A stretch of DNA of 64,000 nt, taken from positions 2,208,001-2,272,000 of the forward strand of contig OZ241744.1 in the NCBI GenBank assembly GCA_965200965.1, read 5' to 3'. Position 1 is the first letter of the stretch. Each line of letters starts with the position of its first letter. This DNA comes from an uncultured Candidatus Binatia bacterium (lineage in GTDB: Bacteria; Desulfobacterota; Binatia; Bin18). Position numbers and translations under genes: made by a program. Positions 10,114-20,078 of the stretch are shown one piece after another. Below the pieces are notes generated by a model, which saw nothing but the letters and a program-made list of their open reading frames with translations, searched no databases and was not told the origin of the DNA.

Positions 10114-13100
10114 CGCTGCGAAACTTGACTATATTGTTGTCAGGTGTAATCTGCTGTTTCTGTTTCTTTTCACGGGCGGCTTCGTTCACTGGGTAGGCGA
10201 TCAACCGCTTGTCCGCTCGCAGACCGGTTACGACAAAAGCCTTCCTTTCTTTGTTATTGATGACTATATCACCGGACCGGTACACCGGACGCTCTTTCGG
10301 GAAAATGTCGGCGCGTTTCTCGGCATTCATCCGGGCGAACTCGGCGACCGAAATGACCCGCCGGTCTTTGGCGTTTGGCGCGCCAACCACGGCGAACTTG
10401 CCTTCAGCGTTGATGAAAGCGCCCTTTTGACCGGACAGGGAGAGAACTGTTTGGAATCCCAACGGCCTTTTCAGGCCGCGATACCCGACCTTGATTTTCT
10501 TGTCTTGCTGCTCTTTGAGGCGCTTCCTTTGCAGCGTGTCAGTTGGAATCTCCTCGTATCGGGTCAGAATCTCTCTCCCTCCTGGAATGTTCTCGCCGTC
10601 CGGGGCCAATCTTTCCTTGCGGAGAAGTTTCGTCAACTCCTTTCTCGTTTCCCATGTCAGCGAGTAGATATTCCCTCCTCCAAACGCCCCGAGTCCGCTG
10701 CCCATCTTGTCGCCAGGGTTCCAGCGGTTGTCCGCACGATGGGCTGTGTGGATAGTCGGCAGCGTCTGTTCAAGCCGGACGAGGTTGTCCTGAAAGTCCC
10801 TGAACAACCCCTTACCGCCGTTGATCTGATCCAAAGCCGCCTGCAAAGCGCGGGGCTGGTACAGTTCCTCATAGGCGTGTGCATGGCCCAGCCGGTCGAA
10901 GGCAGCCTTGAGAACATGGCTGTCGAAATGGGCCACCAGAAACGCATCAACCGCGTGGTTGCGGAGATCGGAGCGGTCTTTATTGATGCCGAACATGCAG
11001 CGTAGCGCATAGACCGCCCACGCCTTGATCGGCTCGGTTTCTGCCCCAAGGTGGCGCAGATAACGCCGGGCGAGCTTGGTGGACCAGCCGATATTGGCGA
11101 TATCGCGCGCTGCTGGGCCGCCCTTGCGCGGCGTGTAGCCGGGACGACAACGACGGAACAGGGCGGCTTGGTCTTGGGGCCGGAATGGCTGCGCTCCCTT
11201 GCGGCTCGCTCCGCCTCCCTCCTCTGCGTCTGTACCCGGAATGACCGGCGGCCTTTCCAGAGCCTTGAGCACATCGGGGCGCGGTTCACCAAACTCAGCG
11301 AGCCGCTCAAGGTTCTGACGCGCCTGAGTCCGTCTCTCTTCAAGGCGTCCCCGCCTTGGGGAATTCCTCGTCAGTCCGCCAAGCACTTTTTCGATCCCTT
11401 TAATCTGACTGCACAGACCAAAGGTTGCAAACGCTACGAGAGCGGGCTGGAAGCCGGGGTCGTGGCTGAAGGCTTCCCACGGTAGGCACCGGCCTTTCTG
11501 TTGATTGAACCGCGACACGAAAATGTTATTTTCGCGGAAGTCGCCAAACGCGGCCGGCTCAACATGGTCAAGCTGGTATTCGCTGCCATCCACCAGCGCG
11601 CTTGGCTGGATATCGCTCCCGTCGTAGTCCCGCCAGCCTTGACGGACCGCGGCTTTCCAGCAGTCTACCAAGCGGTCAAGCGTAGGACCGGCCGGCATCT
11701 TTTCACCGAGAACCTTCTCGATCCCAGCTTTAATGTCCTTGCGCAACTTCTCGCGGGCACGGTTCGTCTTATTATAGTCCGCAGCTTGCGCCTCTGAGAA
11801 GGTTGAGCGGGCCATCTCGATAGCGCACCGCGTCGGCAGAATACCGCCCATCATCTCGATAATGGCGTTCACCACGGCCCGCAGTCGGTTCATAACCACA
11901 TGCACATCAGGGTTGGCCGCCCGCCCATACTGCTGTTCCTCTGCCACCGTTCGCTCCTCGGGCGCGAACCCCGTCGCCGGGACAATCTCGTCCGGCATGA
12001 CTTGGCCGTAATAGGGAAGCCGCTCATAGATCTCGAGTACTGGTTTCCGCGCTCCCCGTTCCCGGAGTTTGCGGAGATGTTCATCGTGGTCCAGCCCTTG
12101 CGCGTAGCAGTCGCCGAGCAGACGGGCAGCTTTGACAGATATTGATGAAAACCTGTCTTCAAGTTTCTTTGCGACCTTTGCCCGGTCCACCTTTTCCAGC
12201 GCGTCGGGGCCGAACTCTGCCGCGGCCTTGCGCTCCAGGGCTTCGGTGTCGGACTTTTTCCAGGGCGGCAACTTCCCGTCGCTGGCCGAAGGCCAGTGTC
12301 GGCGCAGGAACCGCATTGTCCAGTCATCGCGTTGCTCAATGGGCAGACTGCTCCACGCCTCTCCCAAGGCTCCACCAAGCGCGGCATCGGTTTTGGCTCC
12401 TACCAGTCGCCGCGTCCCAGAGCGGTCGCCCCGGTCGAGTTTCAATTCAATCTCAAGCTCCCTGGAAAGTTCGTTGAGGCTGACCGCCTCACTTGCCGAG
12501 AGAATATCGATCACCCTGTTGAATCTCGCCCTATCAAGGGGCTTTCCACCCTGGTCGCGCAGGGTGTCCGCCTGCTCCAGGCTGCGGAACCACTGGAAGC
12601 TCGGCAGGGCGGCAACACAACGGTACTCGTGGGGGAAATAGCGGCATCGGCCCGGCGTTTTGGTCTGGAGCGGTCGCCTGAACTCCGCGGCCTCTTCAAT
12701 ACGCGCCCAGGCATCGTCATCAATCTCGATTCCCGATGCCTTCCTCAGCATCTCGCACTCCTCATGGATCAGGGAGAAGGTCGGGGTCAGGAACTTGAAC
12801 GCTTCATAGCTCGGCGCGTTGCCGCCGTCCTTCGGCTTCTTCTTCCTGTTCTCCTTCTGCCACGCGAGAGAGCAGTGACGCTTGCGAAACGGAACCTTGT
12901 CCCGTCTGGCATCGCTAGCGCAACGCTCCAGAAACTCGCCGATTGTTCGACAGTCATACTGCTTGATCGCTTGGCAGTAGTCGTCCTCGGTCCGCGTAGC
13001 GAAGCCTGATCCTTCGTCCGGTCCGGCGCGGCCAATGGGTTTCAAGTAGCCGCGACGTTTCAAGGTATTGTATAAAGCCCGCCCTAGGTCGTGGGGATGG

Positions 13101-13654
13101 ACGGAGAACGAGGGGTCAAGCAGCTTGGCCCGAAGCACGTCCGCCTTGATATTGACTTGTCCCTTGGGATATTCGCCCTCTTTGGGCAGCAGCCCGGCAT
13201 TTTGCAGGGCCTTCTTGACGTACAGGCGTCGCCGTTGACGGGCGTCTAACGTGCGGCGCGCTGCCCTGGCCTCCGCGCGAATTTTCGAGAGCGACTTGTC
13301 CGCCTTCTCATGTCGTTCTCGGGCGTCGAACTTGTGCGTACCCAGCGGCACAAAGCCGGGGAGGTCGGGAAGCTGTGTGCGGGTGGCCGACTTCGGCAAC
13401 GTGCGGTTATGGTCGGCAATATCCTCCGCGGTCAGAAAATGCAGGCGCTTGCCATCCTCGAAAAGGATGCACCAGCCGATATTGCCGTTGCCGATGTCAA
13501 AGCCAATGCGGTAGCCGGTAAACGTTCCGAGATTGGCTTTTCTCGTTGAACGCCGCCGCGGACCGGCCGCGGTGTCTACTTCCTCTTGAAACGCCGCGTC
13601 CTCATAATCTTCGGACCGACGATCTATGCGGGCAAATGGCTTCATATCCTCCAT
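10031..13654 (-). CDS. cas9: Type II-C Cas9, divergent, about 1207 aa
   Basis: RuvC-I GFDIGNGNIGW, Arg-rich bridge helix, RuvC-II IEMAR, HNH LDHVEP..NN..FNQQKG, RuvC-III NHAVDA; no csn2 or cas4. Confidence 0.93.
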   Translation of the reverse strand: MEDMKPFARIDRRSEDYEDAAFQEEVDTAAGPRRRSTRKANLGTFTGYRIGFDIGNGNIGWCILFEDGKRLHFLTAEDIADHNRTLPKSATRTQLPDLPGFVPLGTHKFDARERHEKADKSLSKIRAEARAARRTLDARQRRRLYVKKALQNAGLLPKEGEYPKGQVNIKADVLRAKLLDPSFSVHPHDLGRALYNTLKRRGYLKPIGRAGPDEGSGFATRTEDDYCQAIKQYDCRTIGEFLERCASDARRDKVPFRKRHCSLAWQKENRKKKPKDGGNAPSYEAFKFLTPTFSLIHEECEMLRKASGIEIDDDAWARIEEAAEFRRPLQTKTPGRCRYFPHEYRCVAALPSFQWFRSLEQADTLRDQGGKPLDRARFNRVIDILSASEAVSLNELSRELEIELKLDRGDRSGTRRLVGAKTDAALGGALGEAWSSLPIEQRDDWTMRFLRRHWPSASDGKLPPWKKSDTEALERKAAAEFGPDALEKVDRAKVAKKLEDRFSSISVKAARLLGDCYAQGLDHDEHLRKLRERGARKPVLEIYERLPYYGQVMPDEIVPATGFAPEERTVAEEQQYGRAANPDVHVVMNRLRAVVNAIIEMMGGILPTRCAIEMARSTFSEAQAADYNKTNRAREKLRKDIKAGIEKVLGEKMPAGPTLDRLVDCWKAAVRQGWRDYDGSDIQPSALVDGSEYQLDHVEPAAFGDFRENNIFVSRFNQQKGRCLPWEAFSHDPGFQPALVAFATFGLCSQIKGIEKVLGGLTRNSPRRGRLEERRTQARQNLERLAEFGEPRPDVLKALERPPVIPGTDAEEGGGASRKGAQPFRPQDQAALFRRCRPGYTPRKGGPAARDIANIGWSTKLARRYLRHLGAETEPIKAWAVYALRCMFGINKDRSDLRNHAVDAFLVAHFDSHVLKAAFDRLGHAHAYEELYQPRALQAALDQINGGKGLFRDFQDNLVRLEQTLPTIHTAHRADNRWNPGDKMGSGLGAFGGGNIYSLTWETRKELTKLLRKERLAPDGENIPGGREILTRYEEIPTDTLQRKRLKEQQDKKIKVGYRGLKRPLGFQTVLSLSGQKGAFINAEGKFAVVGAPNAKDRRVISVAEFARMNAEKRADIFPKERPVYRSGDIVINNKERKAFVVTGLRADKRLIAYPVNEAAREKKQKQQITPDNNIVKFRSDVLGRRLHRRGKAPGGIQPVPYPLRGK

Positions 13655-13754
13655 ATCCTGTTCTCCATATCCTGCGAGCGGGTCTACTATAGCGACTGAG
13701 CCCCAGCCCTGGAAGCAGCCTGTTGACATTGCCCCGGTATTCCTGTTAAGTGGT

Positions 13755-13886
13755 CAAGACGACTTGGAAACGGCGGAGAGTCAACCCGATAAGGGTTCTC
13801 CCGAGAGATGATCGGTCCAGCGCCGCGGCAACGGACCATCCCCGGCATACCCGGGCGAAGGCCGACCTGATTCGGGTCGGTTTTTT
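13755..13886 (+). ncRNA. tracrRNA
   Basis: Anti-repeat 13759-13790 complementary to 30 nt of the repeat, then TAAGG nexus-like motif, hairpins and terminator GCCGACC-tgattc-GGGTCGG-T6; TTGACA at 13723. Confidence 0.88.
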
Positions 13887-13910
13887 GTTGTGCGTGTAGT
13901 CTGAGCCCTG

Positions 13911-14127
13911 CCGCATGGCGGGAGCATTAGACGGAATCAAAATCCTGGAACTGACCCGGGTGGGGCCGGGGGCATTCTGCACCATGATGCTGTCCGACAT
14001 GGACGCCGGGATTGCCGCCCTCGAACGACGACGGGACAAGACCCGCTGCGTCAAGCAGGGCATGATGCCGCAGCTCCCGACCGGGCGGGTGCGGCTGGGC
14101 GAGCCGGTGGAGAAGGTGCAGAACTGA
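13911..14127 (+). pseudogene. Chimera: duplicated 5' end of CoA-transferase fused to the 3' end of a type I hsdS
   Basis: 13911-14002 is about 97% identical to 17443-17534; then LSDMDAGIAALERRRDKTRCVKQGMMPQLPTGRVRL, an HsdS C-terminal motif. Confidence 0.8.
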
Positions 14128-14145
14128 CGCGCTACAGAGGCACTG

Positions 14146-15693
14146 ATGCTTGAGCGGCGTTTCAAGAAGCTCTGGGAGCAGTTGCAGGGCAAAAAACTGC
14201 ATATGCCGCACTTTCTGGCGGAAATCTCCCTCAAAGGCATTCGCGGCATTGACGACCTGCGGGTGCTGTTTGATTACCCGGTCAGCGTCATCGCCGGCGG
14301 CAATGCCAGCGGCAAGTCCACCGTGCTGTTCGCCGCGGCCTGCGCTTACAAGGTTCCGGGAGCCGGCGTCAAAGACTTTGTGCCGTCCACCCTGTTTCCC
14401 GACTATCGCCCCAGAGCGGGGCAACGCCAAGACCACACAGGCGAGATTGTCATTGCGTTTGGCTATGACACGCCCGAGGGCCGCCAGGCCATGCGCTGGC
14501 GGCGGTCCAAAGGCTGGAATCGCAGCTTTCTGGGCCGCAAGAACGCCAGCCAGCCGGAGCGGCCGCTCTATCTCAGGACGCTCAGCAATCTCAGCAACCC
14601 GTCCGAGGTGCGCGGCGTGCTCAGCATGTCGCGCCTGACTGCACTGCCGCAAGAGGCTCCCCTGACGGCCTCACAAATTGAGTTCGCCCAGCAGATGCTG
14701 CCCTTCAGCTATGCCGAGGTCGTCAATCTGTCGAGCGGCACGAAAAACCTGCTGTTTGCCGCCCAGCAAAGCGGCGCGGCCTACTCCGAGTTGCACATGG
14801 CCTCTGGCGAGCGCACCCTCCTGCGGCTGGCACGGGAAATCGCCCAGCTCCGGGGTGCGCTGGTGCTGATTGACGAGGTGGAAGCCGGGCTGCACCCCTG
14901 GGTCCAGCAGCTCCTCATGTTGCAGTTGCAGCAGCTTGCCCTGCGGAACGACCTCCAGATCATCGTGACTTCCCACAGCCCGGTCGTGCTTGACTCGGTG
15001 CCGGCCAACGGGCGCATCTTCCTGGAGCGCGACGAGCAGGGCCGGGTAAGCGTCCGCCCGGCCTACCGCGATATTGTCCAAGATGCCCTGTACGGCCGCT
15101 CGGGCGACGCCCTCAACCTGCTCTGCGAGGACGCCGCGGCCGAAGGGCTGCTGCAAGGCGTTTTTGATGTCTTGCTCCGCCGCCAACGCATCCGGCGGGA
15201 GTCGGTCCGCATCGGGCGAGACACCGGGGCCGGCGAGTTTCCCATGCACGCCACCGCCTTCCGAAAATTCGGCCAGATCGGCAACTTCGTCTTTGTGCTT
15301 GACGGCGACAAGCGCAACAGCGACATTGCCGGCAAGATACACGCGCAAGCCAAACAGGATATCTCGATCCTCTATCTTCCCGGCTCCGACGGCCCGGAAG
15401 TCTGGGTATGGGACCGCCTGCGGCACAACCCGGCCGCAGCCGGGGAATTGCACCTCGATCCCGCCGAACTGTCCGAACGCATGACCCGGCTGGACGCCGT
15501 CTATGACACGGCTTCCGACCCGCCGGCAGCAATAGCCAAGGCCAAGCTGCGCGGTCTGGCCGAACCCCTCGGCCGGGACACACCGGACCTCTGCCGGGTC
15601 CTTGCCCGGCTGGAGGCGGACCGACAAGACAGCGACATCCAGCCCCTGGTGGAAGGGCTGGAAAACGCCCTCCTGCAATGGCGCACCGAGTAG
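14146..15693 (+). CDS. ABC-type ATPase with C-terminal TOPRIM (OLD-family-like nuclease)
   Basis: Walker A GGNASGKS, MASGE signature, LIDEVE, TSHS; TOPRIM CED...LDGD. Confidence 0.75.
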   Translation: MLERRFKKLWEQLQGKKLHMPHFLAEISLKGIRGIDDLRVLFDYPVSVIAGGNASGKSTVLFAAACAYKVPGAGVKDFVPSTLFPDYRPRAGQRQDHTGEIVIAFGYDTPEGRQAMRWRRSKGWNRSFLGRKNASQPERPLYLRTLSNLSNPSEVRGVLSMSRLTALPQEAPLTASQIEFAQQMLPFSYAEVVNLSSGTKNLLFAAQQSGAAYSELHMASGERTLLRLAREIAQLRGALVLIDEVEAGLHPWVQQLLMLQLQQLALRNDLQIIVTSHSPVVLDSVPANGRIFLERDEQGRVSVRPAYRDIVQDALYGRSGDALNLLCEDAAAEGLLQGVFDVLLRRQRIRRESVRIGRDTGAGEFPMHATAFRKFGQIGNFVFVLDGDKRNSDIAGKIHAQAKQDISILYLPGSDGPEVWVWDRLRHNPAAAGELHLDPAELSERMTRLDAVYDTASDPPAAIAKAKLRGLAEPLGRDTPDLCRVLARLEADRQDSDIQPLVEGLENALLQWRTE

Positions 15694-15845
15694 CGCCTCG
15701 CGGTCTTTTTCCGACCGTTTTTTAGTCGTACAATTGTCGCCATAAAACCGGAGCAACGCCACATCGAGACGATGTGGCACCTGCGGAGCTCCAGATGTCG
15801 CCGGCTTGACAATGCCGGCCCTACACCGGGCGTGACAAAAACAGT

Positions 15846-16079
15846 CGCTACAACGGCAAGAGCCACGAGCATACCAACCATATCGAAGACGAGACATTCT
15901 ATGATTTTCACATACACCTCGCAACGGAACGCTACCAACAGCGTGGAACGCGGGAGGACGCCTACGCCAAGCCAACCAACCGTTACGATGACTTTTCCAG
16001 CGCCCTTCGTTGCCTGATTGCCGACGCCAATCTTGAGGCCCCGTCCGATCCACAGGGGAACCTCTTTGAGGAGGGGTGA
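15846..16079 (+). pseudogene. 5'-truncated hypothetical gene upstream of the DUF1828-like gene
   Basis: Frame absent from the ORF track: RYNGKSHEHTNHIEDETFYDFHIHLATERYQ...; in-frame TGA at 15807 and no start codon. Confidence 0.6.
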
Positions 16080-16082
16080 GCA

Positions 16083-16859
16083 GTGGCCCTAGAGACCATA
16101 GAGCAGGACTTTCGCCAAAAAGTTTCCGCAAAGGTAGGTCTGGTAGCCGAAGGCGTGGACCGCTTCCGCGTCTTCACCCCCTTCCTGTTCGAGGATGGCG
16201 ACCACCTGTCTATCGTCCTGAAAAAGGAAGGGGCGCGGTGGGTGCTCTCCGATGAAGCGCACACATACATGCACCTCACCTACGACATTGAGGAGAAAGA
16301 CCTCCACAGCGGCACACGCCAGAAGATCATCTCCAACGCGCTGTCCACATTCCGGGTCGAGGATCGGGAGGGAGAGTTGACGCTCGCCGTACCAGATGCG
16401 CGGTACGGTGACGCGCTGTACTCCTTTGTCCAAGCCCTGCTCAAAATTGCTGACGTGTCATACCTGTCGCGGGAACGGACGCGGTCCACATTCATGGAGG
16501 ACTTTCGGACATTGTTGAGTGAGGCCGCCCCGGAAGAACGCCGAGACTTCGACTGGAGCGATCCTCAACATGACCCCCGGGGAAAGTACGCCGTGGACTG
16601 TCGGATCAATGGGATGCCCCGCCCGCTTTTCGTTCATGCCCTTGCCAATGACGACAGGACCCGCGATGCCACGATAGCGCTGCTCCAGTTCGAGAAATGG
16701 GAGATTCCGTTCCATTCCCTGGCTATCTTTGAGGATCAGGAGTGCATCAATAGAAAAGTGCTGGCCCGTTTCAGCGATGTTTGTGAGAAGCAGTTCTCCA
16801 GCCTCACCGCGAACCGCGAAAGGATCGCCCGCTTCCTGAGCGAGAGCATTGCGGGATGA
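16083..16859 (+). CDS. DUF1828/DUF1829-like protein
   Basis: [17 protein letters not shown]...LSDEAHT pattern. Confidence 0.65.
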   Translation: MALETIEQDFRQKVSAKVGLVAEGVDRFRVFTPFLFEDGDHLSIVLKKEGARWVLSDEAHTYMHLTYDIEEKDLHSGTRQKIISNALSTFRVEDREGELTLAVPDARYGDALYSFVQALLKIADVSYLSRERTRSTFMEDFRTLLSEAAPEERRDFDWSDPQHDPRGKYAVDCRINGMPRPLFVHALANDDRTRDATIALLQFEKWEIPFHSLAIFEDQECINRKVLARFSDVCEKQFSSLTANRERIARFLSESIAG

Positions 16860-16922
16860 AAGCGGTGCAAAGCAGGGGGGACACACCTGCCCTCACCCAA
16901 ACCTGAGCCTGGAGGAGATGCT

Positions 16923-17366
16923 ATGAGCGCAGTCGGCCAGCCGGAGATCCACACCCGGCGGCGCGTGATTGCGTTCTTCCAAGAGGCGCTCGGCTACGCC
17001 TATCCTGGCAACTGGCGCGACCGGCCCGACAACCGCAACATTCAGCTTGGCAACCGGCTGCCGGCGCTCCTGGCCACATGGCAACACAAGGCCGGCGTGA
17101 GCGTTCATGACATGAGGATCAAAAAGATGAAGACCCGCTGGGGCTCCTGCAACGTCACGGCTCGGCGTATCTGGCTGAACCTGGAGCTGGCAAAAAAACC
17201 GCAGGCCTGCCTGGAATACATCCTGGTGCATGAGCTTATCCACCTGCTCGAGCCCGGCCACACCGCTCGCTTTCACGACCTGATGGACAGCCTCATGCCG
17301 CACTGGCGCTCATGCCGGGACACCCTCAACCGTGCCCCGCTCGCTCACGCGGACTGGCCCTACTAG
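16923..17366 (+). pseudogene. Chimera: type I hsdR N-terminus fused to M48/YgjP (DUF45) peptidase C-terminus
   Basis: MSAVGQPEIHTRRRVIAFFQEALGYAY..NWRDR (HsdR-like start) joined to MKTRWGSC...VHELIHL (HExxH). Confidence 0.7.
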
Positions 17367-17446
17367 GCAGCGCAGCCTGCCCTACTAGCCCTCTTTGGCG
17401 GCCCTGCGCTATAAGGGCCCGGAATCACTGCCACAAGGAGGACCGC

Positions 17447-18658
17447 ATGGCGGGAGCATTAGACGGAATCAAAGTCCTGGAACTGACCCGGGTGGGGCCG
17501 GGAGCATTCTGCACCATGATGCTGGCCGACATGGGCGCTCAGGTGCTCAAAGTTGAGGCCCCGCCGTCGGGCAAACTGGCCGGCTCGGGCGCTTCGCCCA
17601 CGCCTGACCAGGCCAGGAAACTGGCCACCAATTTCACCAACCGGAACAAGAAGAGCGTCACCCTCAACCTGAAAGAAGCGGCGGGGCAGGCCATCCTGCA
17701 CAATCTGGCCACAGACTATGACGTGCTCGTCGAGGGCTTCCGGCCGGGGGTCATGCAACGCCTGGGCGGCGATTATGCCACCCTGAGCGAACTCAACCCG
17801 CGCCTCGTGTACTGCTCGCTCAGTGGCTTTGGCCAGGACGGCCCCTATCGGGACTATCCGGCCCACGACCTGAACTATCTCGCCCTCGCCGGTGTGCTGG
17901 GCCTGATCGGTCAGCCCGAAGGACCGCCGGCCATTCCGCTCAACATCATCGCCGACTACGCCGGTGCCTCCATGCACGGCGTGACAGGCATCATGTTTGC
18001 CCTGTTTGCGCGTGAGCGGACCGGCAAGGGCCAGCTCGTTGATGTGTCCTATCTCGACACCACTATCTCCCTGCTGGCGGCCACGCCCAATGTCCGTGAC
18101 TATTTTGCCGAGGGGACCCTGCCCGGCCGGGGCAAGGGCGTGTTTGGCGGCGGCTTTGCCTATTACAGTGTGTACAACACCAGGGATAACAAGCAGTTGA
18201 GCATCGGCTGTACCGAGCCGTGGCTGTGGCATAATCTGTGTGATGCGCTCGGCCGCCCGGACTGGAAAGACTGCGGCATGCAGGCCGGCGACTTCTCGCA
18301 GACCACGACCGACCGCCACCAGCAGGTGCGCCGGGAACTCCAGGCCGTGCTGATGACCAAAACCCGCGACGAGTGGTATGAACTCCTGACCAGGGCCGAT
18401 GTGTGTGTCGGCAAGGTCTACGATGTGCCCGAGGTCTTTGACGACCCCCAGGTCCGCCACCGGCAGATGGCGGTCGAGCTCGACCATCCCCAGGCCGGCA
18501 AGGTCGTCCAGGCCGGGGTAGCGGTCAAACTGTCCGATACCCCGGGCGCTATCCACTCCTTTGCCCCGTCAATCGGCCAGCACACCCAAGAGGTCCTGGG
18601 CAGCCTCGGCTACAGCGCGGCTCAAATCGCCGAACTGCGCGACAAACGAGTGGTGTAA
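17447..18658 (+). CDS. CaiB/BaiF class III CoA-transferase
   Basis: GPGAFCTMMLADMGA, NRNKKSVTLNLK, EGFRPG, HDLNY. Confidence 0.92.
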   Translation: MAGALDGIKVLELTRVGPGAFCTMMLADMGAQVLKVEAPPSGKLAGSGASPTPDQARKLATNFTNRNKKSVTLNLKEAAGQAILHNLATDYDVLVEGFRPGVMQRLGGDYATLSELNPRLVYCSLSGFGQDGPYRDYPAHDLNYLALAGVLGLIGQPEGPPAIPLNIIADYAGASMHGVTGIMFALFARERTGKGQLVDVSYLDTTISLLAATPNVRDYFAEGTLPGRGKGVFGGGFAYYSVYNTRDNKQLSIGCTEPWLWHNLCDALGRPDWKDCGMQAGDFSQTTTDRHQQVRRELQAVLMTKTRDEWYELLTRADVCVGKVYDVPEVFDDPQVRHRQMAVELDHPQAGKVVQAGVAVKLSDTPGAIHSFAPSIGQHTQEVLGSLGYSAAQIAELRDKRVV

Positions 18659-18673
18659 GCGGGACACAGAGGG

Positions 18674-20044
18674 ATGCGTCTCCGCTTCGACCTTGGCACT
18701 GTCGTGGTGGACAAGCCGCCCCCGGACTTCCACGCCCCGGCCTGCTTGCGCTGGGACGGCCGGGTCGATCGCTGGCGGGCGCAGGCGCATCACTACCGCC
18801 GGTTGCTCGCCCACTTCACACAGGCCGGTCTTGCCTGTCGGGACACGGCCCCGGCCTATCCAACCCTCAAGCTGGTCAGCCGCCTTGAACACCGCCCCCA
18901 CCCGTTTCAGACCGAAGCCCTGGCCGCCTGGCAGCAGGTCGGCCGGCGGGGGGTGATTGTCCTGCCGACCGGTGCCGGCAAGAGCTATGTCGGTCAGATG
19001 GCCATTGCCAGCGTGCAGCGCGGGACCCTGGTAGTTGCCCCCACGATCGACCTCATGAACCAGTGGTATGAGCTGCTGTGCGCGGCGTTTGGCGAGCCGG
19101 TCGGGATACTCGGCGGCGGCTACTACGAACTCCAGTCCCTGACCGTCACCACCTATGACAGTGCCTACAGCCATATGGACCGGCTCGGCAACCGCTGGGG
19201 GCTGGTAATTTTTGACGAATGCCACCACCTGCCGGGCGAGATGTACAGCCATGCCGCCCAGATGTGTCTGGCCCCGTATCGGCTGGGGCTGACCGCCACC
19301 CCAGAGCGGACCGACGGCCGCCACGTCCTGCTCGACGATCTCATCGGTCCCCAGGTCTACGCCAAGAGCATCACAGAGCTGTCCGGGGAGTATCTGGCCG
19401 ACTATGTAACCGAGCGGGTCACGGTGCACCTCACGCCCGAAGAAGAAGCCGAGTACCGTCAGGCCAGGGGCAGGTTCTACAATTTCATTGTTGACCACGG
19501 CATTGTCCTGGACGGGCTGGCCGGCTGGCACCGGTTCATCCGCGAGAGCGCCCGCAGCCGCCAGGGCCGCCAGGCACTGCTGGCCCATCAACGCTCAAAA
19601 AAACTGGCTCTCGGCACATCGGCCAAGCTCCGCACCCTGGACTTTTTGCTCAAAAAGCACGACCAGGAACGGACGCTCATTTTCACCAGCGATAATGACA
19701 CGGTGTACGCCATCTCGGCCGCGTTTCTGATTCCGGCCATTACCCACCAGACCCCGACCAAAGAACGCAAAGCCATTCTGGAGGGCTTCAACCGGGGCGA
19801 GTATCTGGCCCTGGCTACCTCAAAAGTCCTCAACGAGGGCGTGAACATCCCGGAAGCGAGTGTGGCGGTGATTCTGTCCGGGTCCGGCTCAACCCGGGAG
19901 CATGTCCAACGGCTGGGCCGGATCTTGCGCAAACGGGAGGGCAAGCAGGCGGTGCTGTACGAGGTGATTACCGCCGACACGGTCGAAGAGGGCATCAGTC
20001 GCCGCCGGCGGCAACATGCGGCCTATCAGCTTGAGGACGGCTGA
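18674..20044 (+). CDS. SF2 DEAH helicase, XPB/Ssl2-like
   Basis: LPTGAGKS, DECHH, LTATP, QRLGRILR. Confidence 0.88.
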   Translation: MRLRFDLGTVVVDKPPPDFHAPACLRWDGRVDRWRAQAHHYRRLLAHFTQAGLACRDTAPAYPTLKLVSRLEHRPHPFQTEALAAWQQVGRRGVIVLPTGAGKSYVGQMAIASVQRGTLVVAPTIDLMNQWYELLCAAFGEPVGILGGGYYELQSLTVTTYDSAYSHMDRLGNRWGLVIFDECHHLPGEMYSHAAQMCLAPYRLGLTATPERTDGRHVLLDDLIGPQVYAKSITELSGEYLADYVTERVTVHLTPEEEAEYRQARGRFYNFIVDHGIVLDGLAGWHRFIRESARSRQGRQALLAHQRSKKLALGTSAKLRTLDFLLKKHDQERTLIFTSDNDTVYAISAAFLIPAITHQTPTKERKAILEGFNRGEYLALATSKVLNEGVNIPEASVAVILSGSGSTREHVQRLGRILRKREGKQAVLYEVITADTVEEGISRRRRQHAAYQLEDG

Positions 20045-20078
20045 ACGGCTGCCGGTCGCCGATGGCAGACAGGGCTTC

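Noticed and set aside
13655-13729. Longer Cas9 N-terminus in the ORF track
   Set aside because: It overlaps the tracrRNA promoter region; the better RBS precedes the ATG at 13654
18674-20044. XPB-like helicase as part of a DISARM/BREX-type system
   Set aside because: Flanked by metabolic genes; no partner genes adjacent
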